Positions 13,883 to 27,264 of a stretch of DNA of 64,000 nt are shown here, piece by piece (position 1 is the stretch's first letter; each line of letters opens with the position of its first letter). The translations under genes were made by a program, and so were the position numbers. The stretch is taken from NCBI GenBank assembly GCA_964187785.1, contig OZ076421.1:50778001-50842000 (forward strand), written 5' to 3'. The stretch is from Amphiscolops sp. MND2022 (Eukaryota). The notes under the pieces were generated by a model. The model saw nothing but the letters and a program-made list of their open reading frames with translations, made no database searches and was not told the DNA's origin.

Positions 13883-15234
13883 TCTCGCGACTCTTCACAG
13901 ATTCTGATAATTCTGATACACCTGCGCCTTCTCATTCTGATCCAACTGTTAGCTCAAGTGTAAAACATTCTAAAAGTAATAAATATAAACCCAATATTAT
14001 ATCCAAATTTTAAGTCCTAAACAAAAAAATACCATGCAATGATCCGCACCTAAAAAACTCCTTTTAATAATAGTTACCCACCTTACCCTCAAACTAGCAC
14101 TCCTCAATTAACTGGAAAAACTTCACTACCCTCCTCCTACTTATAATTTGCATAATAGATCTCCTAAAACTCTTTCTCCTCGTCATTCCCAATTACCCTC
14201 ATTGTCTTCTCCTCCTTATCTAAATAATTCTACTTCTCCTGAAGATACCATTTTTGACAACTCATCAAAATATTTCTCTCATACAAACTGTATAGCAATT
14301 GACCAAATTTTATCCTCTTACGCCACCACCTACGAAATTCAATGACATCCCATTAACATACATCTGTCAATAGTAAATTCAATCAACCCGAAAGCCCAGT
14401 TGAATATTATTCATTCTGTCGCTTCCCACTCGAACAAACTTAGGCCTCTTTCTTTCAATAAATTCCATCACTTTTCCCTTTGCTCATCGTTCAGTTGCTG
14501 TTTCAAAGCCGCTAAACTCGCGTTCTTTTCTCAAAACTTCCAATCGTCTTTCTATCAATTCCCATTTTCGAAATGTCTTGCTTTCAAACGTCTTATCTTT
14601 TAATCAGGTATAATGATCATCACTAAAGTTCTCACTACAACTGAGTTGTATAATCTCACCTACTCTCAACTACTACAGTTTCACTTCACCATAAAAGTTT
14701 CTACAACCCATAAAAAGTTGTGTAAACTATAAATTTTTTCTCTAAGCAAATATTATCTTGTTCATAAAATCTATAATCAAAAAATGACTTTTTCTCTATG
14801 TGAAGAAGAACTTTTCTCTAGTATCGCATCTCTGTCACCACCTCTTTTCCTCAAGTCTGGTACTCTTGAACTCCCCCATACCTCCGTTCCACTTCATCTT
14901 GAAATCATTCCTTCTTCTGAACCCACTCTAACTGATTTTCAACCTTCCTCTTCAACACATACTTCCACTGTACATAATCAACATATCTCTTCTACTTTTA
15001 AAACTTTACTTCTACTTTCCTACTCCTCTAGCTAGAACCTAAAGTCACTATTGATAACGTCACCCATACTGTTCCTCCCAGAAAAAATATAACATTCCTG
15101 ATGATCCTGTTTCTGTTGACTCTGGTATTCTACCTCCTGTACTCCAACTTGTGAGAAGTCTTTCTCAAACCAAGACTTTGACTGATGAATTTCTCCGCGC
15201 GCACCCCAGTTTTGAAGCTAATCTCTCTTCATTA

Positions 15235-17891
15235 TACATGACTCCTCCAACGTATAAAATCCGATTTCCACAAGATCGTACCTTCGAGATTTGGTCAAAC
15301 AAAACTATATCCTCGCTTCATACCACGACCCTACCCGTCCTGTTTTTGTTCCTCGAGGAGACCTCAAGCTGATTGATGATTTCTTATTACCTACTCATGT
15401 TCCCAGTAGTGTTGTAAACTTCTTCCTGGAAAAGAATAAAATAGACGAAGCTCTACTTGATGACTACTCTCGTTCTCTTCTTACCTCGTTTTTACAATAA
15501 AACTAATCCATTGCAGGATTAAACTTCAGAACCGCCAATATTTCTTTAATTTTGAAAAACAAACAAAACAAATATTTTCCAGCCACCACTAATACTCCTT
15601 ATGAAATAAACCAAGATCTTGCTAAACTTGTCCCTCCATCTACAAATCTTGAAATTGCAACCGTACGTCCAAGATTCATTCAACAACCTCCTTCTTCATA
15701 TGTATTACAAACTGTCAATCCCAATGTTTGCATTAACTCCTTTTTGTCCAGCCGACACGATTATCACTGAAAGTTTAAAATTTTTCCGCTCACTTGTTGA
15801 ACTTCATTCTATTACTGATCCCTTTGTCGTTCTCAATCATAATTTTGGTACTCTTTAAAGTCTTTTTCAGCTCCACAGTAATGATATTTAAACTGACTTC
15901 ATCTGCAGTTCTTGTTAACAATTTTTTCAGAAAGGTCTTCTTGAAGCTACTACTCAAATCACAAATTCTTCCTAATCTTTTCTGTTTTTAGTCGGCGCTT
16001 TTCTAGGTAAAAGTGCTCGACACTTACGCTGGCTAGTTTTTTTTTCGTCAGACTACAATCTCACTCTGATTGGGCCACTTTTCTTACAATCGAAACTACT
16101 AAAACTACTACCATAAGGCCAAGCCCGGTCAGGGGAAATTAGTGTAAAAGAGTCCCCCCTTTCATTTTTTTACTAATTTACCGTAATCTACAAAAAAGGA
16201 CGTGCCCCCTTTGGATTTTTTTTCGGCACTGCGACTTTTTTTCGAAATTTTTAATGTCTCAAAAGGGTCCCCCCTTCAAGTTTTTTCATATTTTGCAACA
16301 GAATGTATGTTAATAAAGCCCAAAGGGTGCCCCCTTTTACATTTTTTGGCACTATGCGACGGTTTCTGAAATAAAATTCAAAAATTTCACGTTTTTTTCA
16401 AATAAAAGTCTTTTGCGCTTTTTAAGCCTTAGATATAGCGCCGACTTTAGAGGTTCCCGTCTTGTTTAATTTCACACCTCCCTTTTCAAACCTCCACTCA
16501 TCTCCCAGTTTCATTTTACACATTTTCACCTCTCAGGCTCTCAGGTGACATCTCGCAAAATTACCATGTTCGCTTTCACAATTTGACTTTTTTGATCTCA
16601 CATCTTTTTTTCAATCGCTCTCCATTTTAGTTTCATTTTATTTTCGCTAACGACTCAACTTGTTCAATATTCAAAAAGTGACCAATATCCGTATACCGTT
16701 AACCTCTTCTTAACAGAACATAATTGCCTCTTTTCATCAAAAAATGTTTTCCATTTTTTCTCTTCGTTTGATTTTCATGTGTAATTTTCTACAGTTCACG
16801 CGTTGTTTTCCATCACTTAACATGTACACTAAACTATGAATCTTCTCAAGATCACTACTATCAAAACGTTTGATTCTTCCAAGGATTTTTAATATAAATT
16901 GTCGTAGCATCCTCCCAAAATTACTCTATCGTCAAAATCTCGGAGCCACTCTATAAAAAACAACCAACATTGAGCCAGATCACGAAAATATCTAGGAATT
17001 ATCTTGCATTTTTCTTTCATCTTCACCTTTTCGCCTCCTATCAAAAATATTAATCACATTACGGCACAATAACATTTCAAACTAACACTCAACAAAACAA
17101 AATGCATCCACAAAAACATTAATCAAAAGTTTTAGTTATCACACATATGCTTCATCTTGTCATTATGACGTCGCTTTTTTTAAATTCGTAATTCTCGCTC
17201 TACGCTACCGTACCCCCATATCAACCAAATAATGGACTCTCTTCTGTCAGCGCCTGTTTCTTCAACTTCGTCCACTTTCACTGTACCCACATCAACTGTT
17301 ATTTCCACTGTGCCTGGAAAAATGAAAAATCATCTTCACCACTACCACCCATCTCGTCACTGCTGCCCAGTGCCTTTCAGTCTTCATCTCCTGCGCCTCT
17401 TCCACTTCTGCTCGCAGAAGCTTTTGATATTTCGGCCCGTTAACAAAAATTCTCGTCAACTAACCGTGATTTGCAACAACGAAAGCCCCGCCATTCAAAA
17501 CGTCCACAGCTGCCTTTAGGTGAAGCTGGCTCGCCGACAAAACGAATACAGCTGTATATGAACAGAAATTAAATCAGTATAACAATGCTTTAAAACTATT
17601 TGAACAGCATCTCAACCAACTCCTCTATCAACAAGCAATTAAACTTGAAAATTTATCAATGATGTAGATGCTTTTGTAAATCAATTAAAACACCCTCAAA
17701 ATTAACAAAAGTCAAATCAACGCTTACAAAACCCCTCTAATATTTGCCACACAGGATACAAATTTCCACGAATAAGTGCCATAATTGTCTCCATTGCTTT
17801 CCCTTCCTGTGCTCGCATTTACCCCTCAAATACTGCTCATAAACATCTTATCCCCTGCCTCCTTCATCCCCTGCGCTAATCCCTTTTAAAC
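15235..17891 (+). mobile_element. Inverted paralogue of the 3' region of element A (4450-7115), interrupted by a family-1 element
   Basis: Long colinear matches to the reverse complement of 4450-7115, e.g. TGGTCAAACAAAACTATATCCTCGCT, CCAGCCACCACTAA, CCTTCATCCCCTGCGCTAATCCCTTTTAAAC; lacks ~300 bp present at 6761-7060. Confidence 0.8.
15990..16466 (+). mobile_element. DINE-1/HINE-like element, family 1
   Basis: T-run, AGTCGGCGC plus hairpin, AAGGGTCCCCCC subrepeats, 3' GCGCCGACT-TTAGAGGTTCCCGTC-TTGTT; absent from the paralogous segment near 6060. Confidence 0.7.
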
Positions 17892-18099
17892 GTGAACCAA
17901 TTACTCCCCCACGACGAATTTCACAGGATGATCTTACCCCTTTGATTACTTCTCTTCTATTAGGAAGTTGATTAATACTTTGATTAACATATAATACAAA
18001 AAAAAACATCAATTTTGAACCTAAATTATTTTTCTAACAATCCACTTTTCTTTTCCAACCCCCTCCCAATCGCTTCCTCTGTTCGTATCCTTTTTCCCA

Positions 18100-18263
18100 A
18101 ACTAATTTGGTCGAAACATTGTTCTTTAATATGCCATTATTTTTTGCAAAAATGTTAAATTTTTCTTTTACTATATTTAAATAAATATATAGTAAAAGAA
18201 AAATTTAACATTTTTGCAAAAAATAATGGCATATTAAAGAACAATTTTTCGACCAAATTAGTT
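18100..18263. repeat. ~164-bp near-perfect AT-rich palindrome
   Basis: AACTAATTTGGTCGAAAC...TTTACTATATTT pairs with ATATAGTAAAAG...TTTCGACCAAATTAGTT. Confidence 0.9.
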
Positions 18264-18656
18264 ATATATATATAAACAGCTTCATGTTTGTCAAGGCCAC
18301 CGCCACATTTTCTTAGCTTTTTTTCACATCACTCTCACATCTTGTCCACCAATCATTCAGCTGTCACTCACTGTCAACTCTGTGCTTCATTTTTCAAAAC
18401 CCCCACGTAAATTGAAAAGCTAAGAAAAAGATAACAATTCAAAAATTCAAAGCGCAACGTTCAAAAATAAGACATGTAAATCCTAGTGTATTCATATCCC
18501 TATACTTCTCTAAACCTCACTCAATCGATAAATTAACACCCAACTCCAGTCTTTTAATCAGTCTCAAGCTAAAAATTGCATTTTCGCCGAAACTCACGTA
18601 AGGAAAGAATGATCATGCACAACTTGATGAAAAGTTGAACATAATAAACTAGTTTG

Positions 18657-18722
18657 AACATATTAAACATTTTAAACATATTAAACATATTAAACATATT
18701 AAACATATTAAACATATTAAAC
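18657..18722. repeat. 9-bp tandem repeat (AACATATTA) x~7
   Basis: Direct reading. Confidence 0.9.
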
Positions 18723-20895
18723 TTGATTAACAAACGTTTAACACATGTTAAACTAAACTCAGACATTCACTCGTACATTTCATCGACTTCTCCTAACTCA
18801 ATTTGCTGTAAAGTAATAACTTCATCTAACTCAATAAAAACTCAATTTGCTGTAAAATAATTTTACTTTTCTTCATATACCTCTACTCATCCCCCACTCT
18901 TTATCAGAATGTCTAGACTGGAATTATGTATCTTGAATTTCAATGTAGCTACTTTATATTCAATACCATACTTTATACTGTAAAGCCATTATTTGATTTA
19001 CGACCGTTCACAACTCAAATAAAGTCTTCACCATCAAGTTGTCATCGTTTTCTAAAGCCCTAATAAATGCAGCTCTCTTAAAAACTTCCTAAAGTACTCC
19101 GCTGAAAAATTCTGGGAACGTGCATGGAAACTTGTACAAGGCAGCCTCCACTCTTTGAACTATAACTGAGAACAATTTCCACTTCTTCACCGTCGCGATG
19201 ACTTTGTGTGCACGCTCAAGTATCTCAGATAAGTTCCTTATGTATTCACCGTTAGTCAAATAGCACGCTTTGCAAACTATCGAAGACGTGTCGAAATCAT
19301 CACACTCTATAAACTTTGACATCCAATCTTGATTTATGAAGAATTGGTATCGAATGTAGCACGAATTTCTTTGACATGCCTATAAGTCATTGCTAGGTGG
19401 AAACTAGGTGAGCCATATGGCAACATCTTCATCCTTTACGTTTGCATATTGAGGTAACCAGTTAATATAAGGAAGCATTGTATAAACTAAATGTTTAATT
19501 AACCCATTGATCCGCATGTTTCTGTTCCAGGTGTTACAGACTAGCTACCGCACTTCAACTCTTCCACTCAAGACTGAGCAAAAAAAGGATTACCACCAAA
19601 GATTAACCATCTCCACTACAACCCATAAACGACTGAACAGTAAGTTTTTTGATGTTGACGATTATATAGTTAACCCGGGTTTCACGACCATCTTACCATC
19701 TTTTGACACCAAACTAATCATACAAATTTCGTTACTATGATCTTGCCATGATTGGCCTGGAATCATAGATGGCCCAGAGTATGGGCAATCTGAAATCATA
19801 AAAACCTAAAAGTTCAATTATAATCAGATAAATGTTGGACATGGCAACCAATAGTACACAAAGTGCACAGAAACTTGTTGCTGAGGTCCTTATGCTGTAT
19901 TTTTAGGCCTCCCTATGGTCAGCCTGGAACCATAAACCTTTATAGTCCAGAGTATGACCAGCCTGTAATCATACTGTGAGTATGATGGCAGAGTATAAAT
20001 GACCTGTTTTTGTATTGGAGCGAAACCCGGGAACCAAAGTGTTTGTTACAAAATGATCCAATTTAATCAGCTGCGTTCACTTTAACAAGAGCGACCATCC
20101 AAGATATGAAGATGCGATACCTCGTGTATCACACGTGTAAGTTGACAAACTTTCAGAGGCTTTACGACACCGCTCAAGTTTCAATTTTTGGTGTAATTTT
20201 TGGATATTCCGGGCGTTCCACCGTTGGACCACACAGCTCCAGTGACATCTGCAGGCTTAGTGGATTATAATCACTGGTGGATGATTCATTGGCATGTTTG
20301 CAGGTAGTTCGATTTTTTGAAATGAACTACAACTCGACCCAAGAGAAGATATATCGAATTTTGAAGTTCCACAACTGCATATCTTAACGTTTACCTTGGA
20401 ATTAAAGTCTGAAGTCTGAGTCAAGAAGAATTGTGTTTTTGGAGGGATAATAGAATGAAACTACAGCTCCGAACAGTTGTGATCTAGACCTTAGTTGGAC
20501 GGAAAATCTCGTTATTCTCAGAAAGTTGTGAAAAATGTGACTGAGAAATCAAGATTTGTTTTTTTTTCTGGAAATTTTTCTCGGAAAAGTAGCCTAGGGA
20601 CAAAACCAATAGAGGCATTTCTAGGTTCAAAATTTCCCTAACTTTTCAAGAAACAAATGGGAAGCTCTGATAAATTTGGAAACTCGAAAACGTAGCACGC
20701 CCTTAAGAACCCAAAGGAGAAATTCTCAGAAATATCCAAAACTCAAAAAAATGTTCACGTCCCGCTCGTGATTTGAACGGCACGGCACTCTGCTGGCTAA
20801 GCACTCATTCTAACACCTAGTAAAAATGGCAGGGGTTAGAATCCTTACCCTATGCGGGAGTAAGGAAACACTTTGATTCTCATCTGTTCTTTTTT

Positions 20896-21418
20896 AGTCG
20901 GCGCTTTTATAAATAAAAGAGCCCGACTATTACAGTCACTCGTTTTTTTTCTTTAAGACAGACTCGAAGCGACGAACGTTAAAATTAACGTTCAACTACC
21001 AACTACTAAATACAGTACTAAACTACTGGACCGGCAAAGGCAAACGGGGAGCGCATTTAGGATAGTGCAAAGGGTCCCCCCTTTTAGTTACTCCATTTTT
21101 ATCGTAAGACAAAACAGGACGAGACTATAGGGTTTGAGTTTTTTTCGGCACTGTGCGACTTTTTTTCGAAATTTTTTTTGTCTCCAAAGGGTCCCCCCTT
21201 CAAGTTTTTTAATATTTTACAGCAAATTGAAGTTTCAAAAAGCCCAAAGGGTCTCCCCTTTCAAGTTTTTCGGCACTATGAGACTGGCTCAAAATTCTTA
21301 TTTTTCGATTTTCCTTTTTTTTCAGAAAACCCAAAGGGTCCCCCCTTTTACAATTTCAAAAAGTTTGAGCTTTTTGAGCCTTAGATATGGCGCCGACTTT
21401 AGACGTTCCCGTCTTGTT
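20896..21418 (+). mobile_element. DINE-1/HINE-like element, family 1
   Basis: AGTCGGCGCTTTTATAAATAAAAGAGCCCGACT 5' hairpin; 3' GCGCCGACTTTAGACGTTCCCGTCTTGTT. Confidence 0.75.
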
Positions 21419-22184
21419 GAAGTTATAACCGATTCCTAAACACCACGGTTAAAATGACGCTACTTTGCATTTTTTTAACGTGACTGACGTTACCTTGTGC
21501 GGTAAAGTTTATAACGACTCAGTTGCATTTGGAGGTAGATTTGATGACAAAAAAATCTGCATAAACTCAAATTGTTGACGATTTTTTCGAGCAGCTTGAG
21601 AAAAATCGAATGCAACAGGGAGTTTAGAGAAATCGTTAAAAGTTGATGACAAAAGCTTCTAAAAAGTTTCAAGCTAGTTCAATAAGGGACGGATCGATGT
21701 TTTTTTCCCGAAAAGTTTCGTCGTGTGAAGAAACAAACACTTTCGAAACGTTTTCGAACAACACAACTTTTGCAACAGCTTTCGGTTTGAAATTGGATGT
21801 GAGCACCTATAAGAGGATAGTGTTGAGGTGTTAGATGGAAATTAGATACTGAACAACTAGTTAACGTTTTCAGTCGGCGCTTTTATGAAATAAAAACGCA
21901 ACAGTTATAGTGGCAGTTGAAAGTAATTTTTGCAATCCACACAATTCGACCAAAATAAATCTTCAAAAGTTCTACAAATCTTGTTGGTATTACCAAAAAG
22001 GTACATTTAGTTCTAGTGGTATAATTTTACCTCGTAGTGATACAATTTCAATGGCTTTTCCAACCTATAAAATTTTTTTTACAAACAGGAAACGAAGTGT
22101 GAGAACGATTTCAAGTGAAGTTTCAGAAGTTTGTTTTAGATTCACATCTTCACATTAATAATACAGTCACTGTGAATCATACTG

Positions 22185-23363
22185 ATGGCGGATGCAAACA
22201 ATTTTCATGACCAGCAACAGCAGCAGCAACAACAATCACTACTACGGCCACTCCCAGGGATAAGAATGGAAGTTAATCAACAACAACAACAACAACAACA
22301 GCAACAACAACAACAACAGCAACAACAACGAAACGCTACAACGCCGGCAACACAACACAAGCGGAACGAATTAGAACAAAAATACCAATTTGATGTACGA
22401 TTTCCACACTATTTCCGATCAATCCACAGCCACCAAAGCCTACCACTTCATTATTTATCCCGATCTGACGTTTATTTCGAATCGGTAGGGCTTGGCCAAA
22501 TCGCTACGTACGATATGAGAAGAATTGAGGAAAACATTCGCAATCTTAGTTCTGTTGCGAAGATCACGCCACAATTACGTCCCGGCAGATCAAGAGCACA
22601 TTCAATAAAGGTTGATTTCACAATGCACCTCGCCAACTGGCAGAGAGTGCAGCAGTGTGCAAATGAAAGAGAAATGATTAACATGCTTATAGAATTTCGA
22701 GAACTCCGGCAAGCCTTGTGCTTTGAACCCAGCTTTGTTAGCACTGAACACGATGAATTAAGTACGCGAAACAAATACCTTGAAGACTTAAAGATCAAGA
22801 CACGTCGCTTATCCAGAAGAATTTTGAAAGACAACCCAAAAGTCTTAGTACTTCTGGCTCAAACGGCTCGTGAGCTGCCCTTCCAGTTGAACGCACTTTG
22901 CGTGGTTCACTGGATTCCTGATTTCGTATTAGCATGTTCGCTTATTAACATAAGGAATAGCATTACCTCATTATACACTAGCATGTTCGATGCTTTGCAG
23001 AAGCGTGATATTGCCCCACTGAGCGCCGACTATGTTGCTGATATGATACACAACCAAGAAAGTCCGCTCGTGAGAATGATCGATTTTGACGATCCCCATC
23101 CATTACAAGATGATGATTGTCTGTTAGAGAGGAATGAGTTTTTGAAGGGGTGTATGCCAATTTGGTACAAGTCATGGTCAACCCCAGACAACCAGATAGA
23201 TCTCGTACAAGACATGCAACTCGCGATGTCAATGCAAGAAGACCAAATTAGATCAAACTTGCCCCCACTAAGTAATCGGGAGATACTGGAACGAATACGT
23301 GCACTACGAGTGCAGGAAACTCTAGCACAAAGAAGACTGGTTTGCCACCCAGCTAGTTTTTAA
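22185..23363 (+). CDS. Intact 392-aa protein of unknown function with N-terminal polyQ tracts
   Basis: Uninterrupted ORF from ATG with normal amino-acid composition after the polyQ; no recognised domain. Confidence 0.6.
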   Translation: MADANNFHDQQQQQQQQSLLRPLPGIRMEVNQQQQQQQQQQQQQQQQQRNATTPATQHKRNELEQKYQFDVRFPHYFRSIHSHQSLPLHYLSRSDVYFESVGLGQIATYDMRRIEENIRNLSSVAKITPQLRPGRSRAHSIKVDFTMHLANWQRVQQCANEREMINMLIEFRELRQALCFEPSFVSTEHDELSTRNKYLEDLKIKTRRLSRRILKDNPKVLVLLAQTARELPFQLNALCVVHWIPDFVLACSLINIRNSITSLYTSMFDALQKRDIAPLSADYVADMIHNQESPLVRMIDFDDPHPLQDDDCLLERNEFLKGCMPIWYKSWSTPDNQIDLVQDMQLAMSMQEDQIRSNLPPLSNREILERIRALRVQETLAQRRLVCHPASF

Positions 23364-23560
23364 GAGTCGGAAAAAACTTTCGACTACTTATGCAACCCTA
23401 TCGTTGGTTTCTCCAGACCTTTGAATGAAAAATTCAAATTTCTCAAAAACTGTCCACACATTTTTATAAAATTTTTCTGAGTCATTCTACACATAGGAGC
23501 ACAATATGGTGTAGAATGACTGTAGAAAAAATCACTCGAATCGTAAAGACAGTTTTTGCG
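23363..23560 (+). mobile_element. 5' fragment of a family-2 HINE-like element
   Basis: GAGTCGGAAAAAACTTTCGACTACTTATGCAA start and AAAACTGTCCA subrepeat, as at 42667. Confidence 0.6.
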
Positions 23561-24461
23561 AAAATTGGTGAAACCCTGTAAACTGTTGAAAGAAATAGCC
23601 CCAGTTTCTAAGGTACTATTCGGGTTGAAAGGATTTTTCCACTTTCAAGGTTTTTTGTTGGTACGATATAGTTTTCATCTCCGCCACACTACTCGAAGCC
23701 CGCCACACGAGCCAAATAAGCAATTAAAAACTATGGCGAAGGTGACGTACTGCTTGGGAAAGCAGAAAAATCATGGTGCAGCTCGGGTTCCACCCCGCCC
23801 GACCTACTGTTTGGCATGTGTACCCTGTAGCAACTGGTCCACCGTGACTAAATTGTCCACTAAATTATGTCACTAAGTGATATCTGGCAGAATTTGGAGA
23901 ACAAACGCAACAGATGATGATTCTCATCCCTTTAAGTTTTAGGTAGCTTTTAAAATATAATTCAAACCCAGAAACACGTGCTACGGGGTTAGAGGTACGG
24001 AAACGAGAGCTGCGATACTCATAATTTCCGTTGGTGAAAAGCCTTCCGTTGGTTTCTCTAAAAAATATTTTGAGGTGAAAGATTACGCCGAAATCATTCA
24101 AGAAATTATTTCATATAACAAACAAGAGTCTAATTTGTCCACAAGGCTTCTACCCTTTGAAAAATTAGAATTTGCAACTTAAAAGAAGAAACTTTCAACA
24201 AGAAAATTTTGACGGAGGTCGTTGTTGCGACTCTCAGACTTTAGACAAACGGGTTACTTGTGAGAGCCATGCAATTGTTTCATCGGTACCTCGATACTAC
24301 GACCCAACCCAAAAATAACAGGGAGTTATCCCCCAAATTGTATTAATTGTTTGGAAGAAATTACAGTCTCAGCTATGCTTATCCTGAGTCCCCATGTGTT
24401 TTCACCGTTAAAAAAGTCGAATTCGAACTTTATTTTCGATTTGGAAACCATATGTATTTTT

Positions 24462-25007
24462 AGTCGGCGCATTTTCCTTTTAAGGAAAAGAGCCCGACTA
24501 ATACAATTGCAAGATTGTTTCAACAGATAACAGAATGTATGCGCAGTGGACACTTTTTTATAGAATTTCTAAACTACTGGAAAAGCAACTAAGGTAGTTC
24601 AAAGGGTCCTCCCTTTCGTGTACTCATTTTTTAACGTAAGATACAAAGCCGGACGGGGTTCTAGGGCCCCTCCTTTGAAGTTTTTTTGGCACTGTGCGGC
24701 TTTTTTCAATATTTTGTTGTCTCCAAAGGGTCCCCTTTCGAATTTTTGATAGTTTGCAGCAAAAGGAAGCTTGAAAAAGCCCAGAGGGTCTCCCCTTCTG
24801 AATTTTTCGGCGCCATGAGACTTTTTCGAAATTCTCTTTTTTCGCTGTTTCCGAAAACTTTTTATTGTCTTCCCCTTCAATTTTGTTCAATAATTTGGAA
24901 CAAACTGATTTTTCAAAAATCCCAAAGTATCCCATCTGTCACAAGTTTAAAAACTTTGCGCTTTTTGAATCTTAGATATAGCGCCGACTTTAGACATTCC
25001 CAATTTG
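24462..25007 (+). mobile_element. DINE-1/HINE-like element, family 1
   Basis: AGTCGGCGCATTTTCC...GGAAAAGAGCCCGACT; 3' TAGATATAGCGCCGACTTTAGACATTCCC. Confidence 0.7.
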
Positions 25008-25320
25008 TCTCTGTTTACTGTAAACTTAGTGCAGCAACCAGTCACGTGTTTTAGGCTAGCAATGATGTCTTGACGACACAACCATAGGTCAGTCATATCA
25101 TTTGTATACGCAATAGTTTAAAAGTAGTCTGCGCAATGTCATTCTGAAATATTTCTAGATACGTTTAAAACATTTACAGGACGCCCGCTAAGCACCGGGA
25201 TATTTTTCGCTAAAATGTAACGCATCAGCCCAGGTAGACGCACTACCAACTGCGCCAAGACACACTACCAACTGGTGGAGATTTGGCGAATGGAGTAATA
25301 AAGTGGTGTTCAGGTAGCTA

Positions 25321-25516
25321 TATAAATTATTCAAGTAACTATTTAGAATAGTCAAGTAGTAGATGGAGATCGTGGAGATTTGGCAAAATTTGGTAAAATT
25401 CGACAGAGATTATGATTTAAATCATAATCTCTGTCGAATTTTACCAAATTTTGCCAAATCTCCACGATCTCCATCTACTACTTGACTATTCTAAATAGTT
25501 ACTTGAATAATTTATA
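25321..25516. repeat. 196-bp perfect palindrome with no spacer
   Basis: 98-bp arms centred at 25418/25419 (ATTATGATTT|AAATCATAAT). Confidence 0.95.
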
Positions 25517-26669
25517 AAATTTCTTCCCCCGTAATGACATTTGGAAAACAAAAAGTTGGGTTTGTCCGGAGTTGCAGAAGTTACCAAACTTTGCTTTGCA
25601 GGTTTAATGCGGTTTAATGCGGTATCTTTGACGTGGACTTCAAAATGTATTTTTGGCATAACTAATCCGATCAACTTATCAGCATATTTTCTGGCTCATG
25701 TGGTTTTCATCATTCTGCGAAGATGGTTCGATTGTCCTCAGAATGCTTATTTGAAAATTGGTGAGTCAGATGAGCGTTTGTAAGTTTTCATTGTTTTTTG
25801 CTTTTTCACTTTTCATAACCCAATCAGATAGAATGCCAAGTTCAAATTTTCAAGTATATTGCCATTAGATGTAACTCGACAATCATCATGTTTCGCTATT
25901 CTAACACACGTTGAGTTCGTCTTTACTTGGAGCGCGATACTGTATAGCGATTGAATGCAGTTTTAGCATTTTTGGAAACTTGTCGGCGATGGTCCAGGCA
26001 AATTCAGTGTGGATTCCGACGGAATGATTGCAGGATCTCGAATCTATTCAGTACATTCTCAACTCAGAATCATGACGTTCAAAGGACAACGTCATTCTTT
26101 CAGTTGTTCTTTTCGCAGAATCCGAGGTGGCGTACTTGTCATCGAGATTGGCACATTTCAATCACGTAGACAAGATTGGTGGTAGCATCCCGGTCAAACT
26201 GCCCCTGTTATTCTGTCATTTTAAGAATGTTGGCATTCTCTAAGACAAGGTAGTTGGAGAAGAAGGAATGATCTCCTAACGTGTCTCGCAGTCTGCAATT
26301 GTCGTTGTTTTGTTACTGTTTCTTCGAACCTCTCTCGCGTTTCAGTGATCTGCTTGGAATTGTGGCTTCAGCGAGTGAAATTGTCGAGATGCATCTCTCG
26401 AGAACTTATCGTGTCAGCTTAGTGGAGGAGAAGAACAGAAGCTAATTCTGATTTCTGGATAGGGCTCTAAAATCGCAAACCTCATTTGACGGAGTTGATA
26501 GTTGCTCATCAAGACTACATTTAAGTTTGGAAGAAACTGTTCTGTTCTCGGTAAGAATCTGGCGTTACTGTATTATAAGGTTGCCAAGATAAAGCAGAGA
26601 CCCCAGAAAATTGAAAAGAGTTCTAGAGCTTAAATTCATACAGCTTGAAATAGGAGTGTCAAGTCAGAC

Positions 26670-27264
26670 CAAGAAATAGCGCATGAAAAAGTTGTACAGG
26701 AAAGGATGTACAAGAGCTTTCAATATGTGGAACAAAAAGAAGAGAGAAGAGAATTTCGTGGTCGCACCAAATGTGCTGCTTAGACTTTGTGCAATGTTAT
26801 TTTGTAGATCTTTCAAGGTATACATGAGAAGTACGTAAGTCTTGAGCTAAGTCGTCGCCGAGTTAAGTCTTTTCCTTCAAGTTTCACTAGAACTACTCCA
26901 CTAAGAAACTAAGAGACAGAAGGACTGAGATCTCAGATTTTCTATCTTTCTCTTCTTAAGTGAGAAAGCTTCTAGAATCAAAGATTCGAGTTATTCTTCT
27001 GATGGGTTAGTTACAAAACTTACTTCTGAACAAAACTGGATTATTAAGGTTAGATATAATTCAAATCAGTCTAGGATGACAAAAGTTAGATTAGATCTAA
27101 GATATAATTCAAATCAGTCTAGGATGACAACAGTTAGATTAGATCTATAATGATTTAGTCACCAAACGTCAGCAATCTAATAATGTATTACCTTCTAAAT
27201 GAAGTGACATCTGTCAAGTTATTAGGTCAAAAGTTTAGATACATTTCAAGATCATGGCATCACA
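26670..27264 (-). repeat. LTR (26772-27264) with PBS (TGGTGCGACCACG) and ~100 bp of leader, same family as the element B LTR
   Basis: TG...CA termini; high similarity to 40370-40928; internal ~49-bp tandem duplication at ~27050-27150. Confidence 0.85.

Noticed and set aside
19020-20400. Possible spliced gene on the minus strand
   Set aside because: Protein-like fragments contain stops and no recognisable domain; an exon chain could not be built.
20755-20830. tRNA or tRNA-derived SINE on the minus strand (GTTCAAATC B-box-like)
   Set aside because: No convincing A-box or cloverleaf, and no second copy in the window.
25184-25310. Short motifs shared with 41756-42015 (CCCGCTAAGCACCGG; TGGAGTAATAAAGTGG)
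   Set aside because: Probably remnants of another repeat family; too little sequence to define it.
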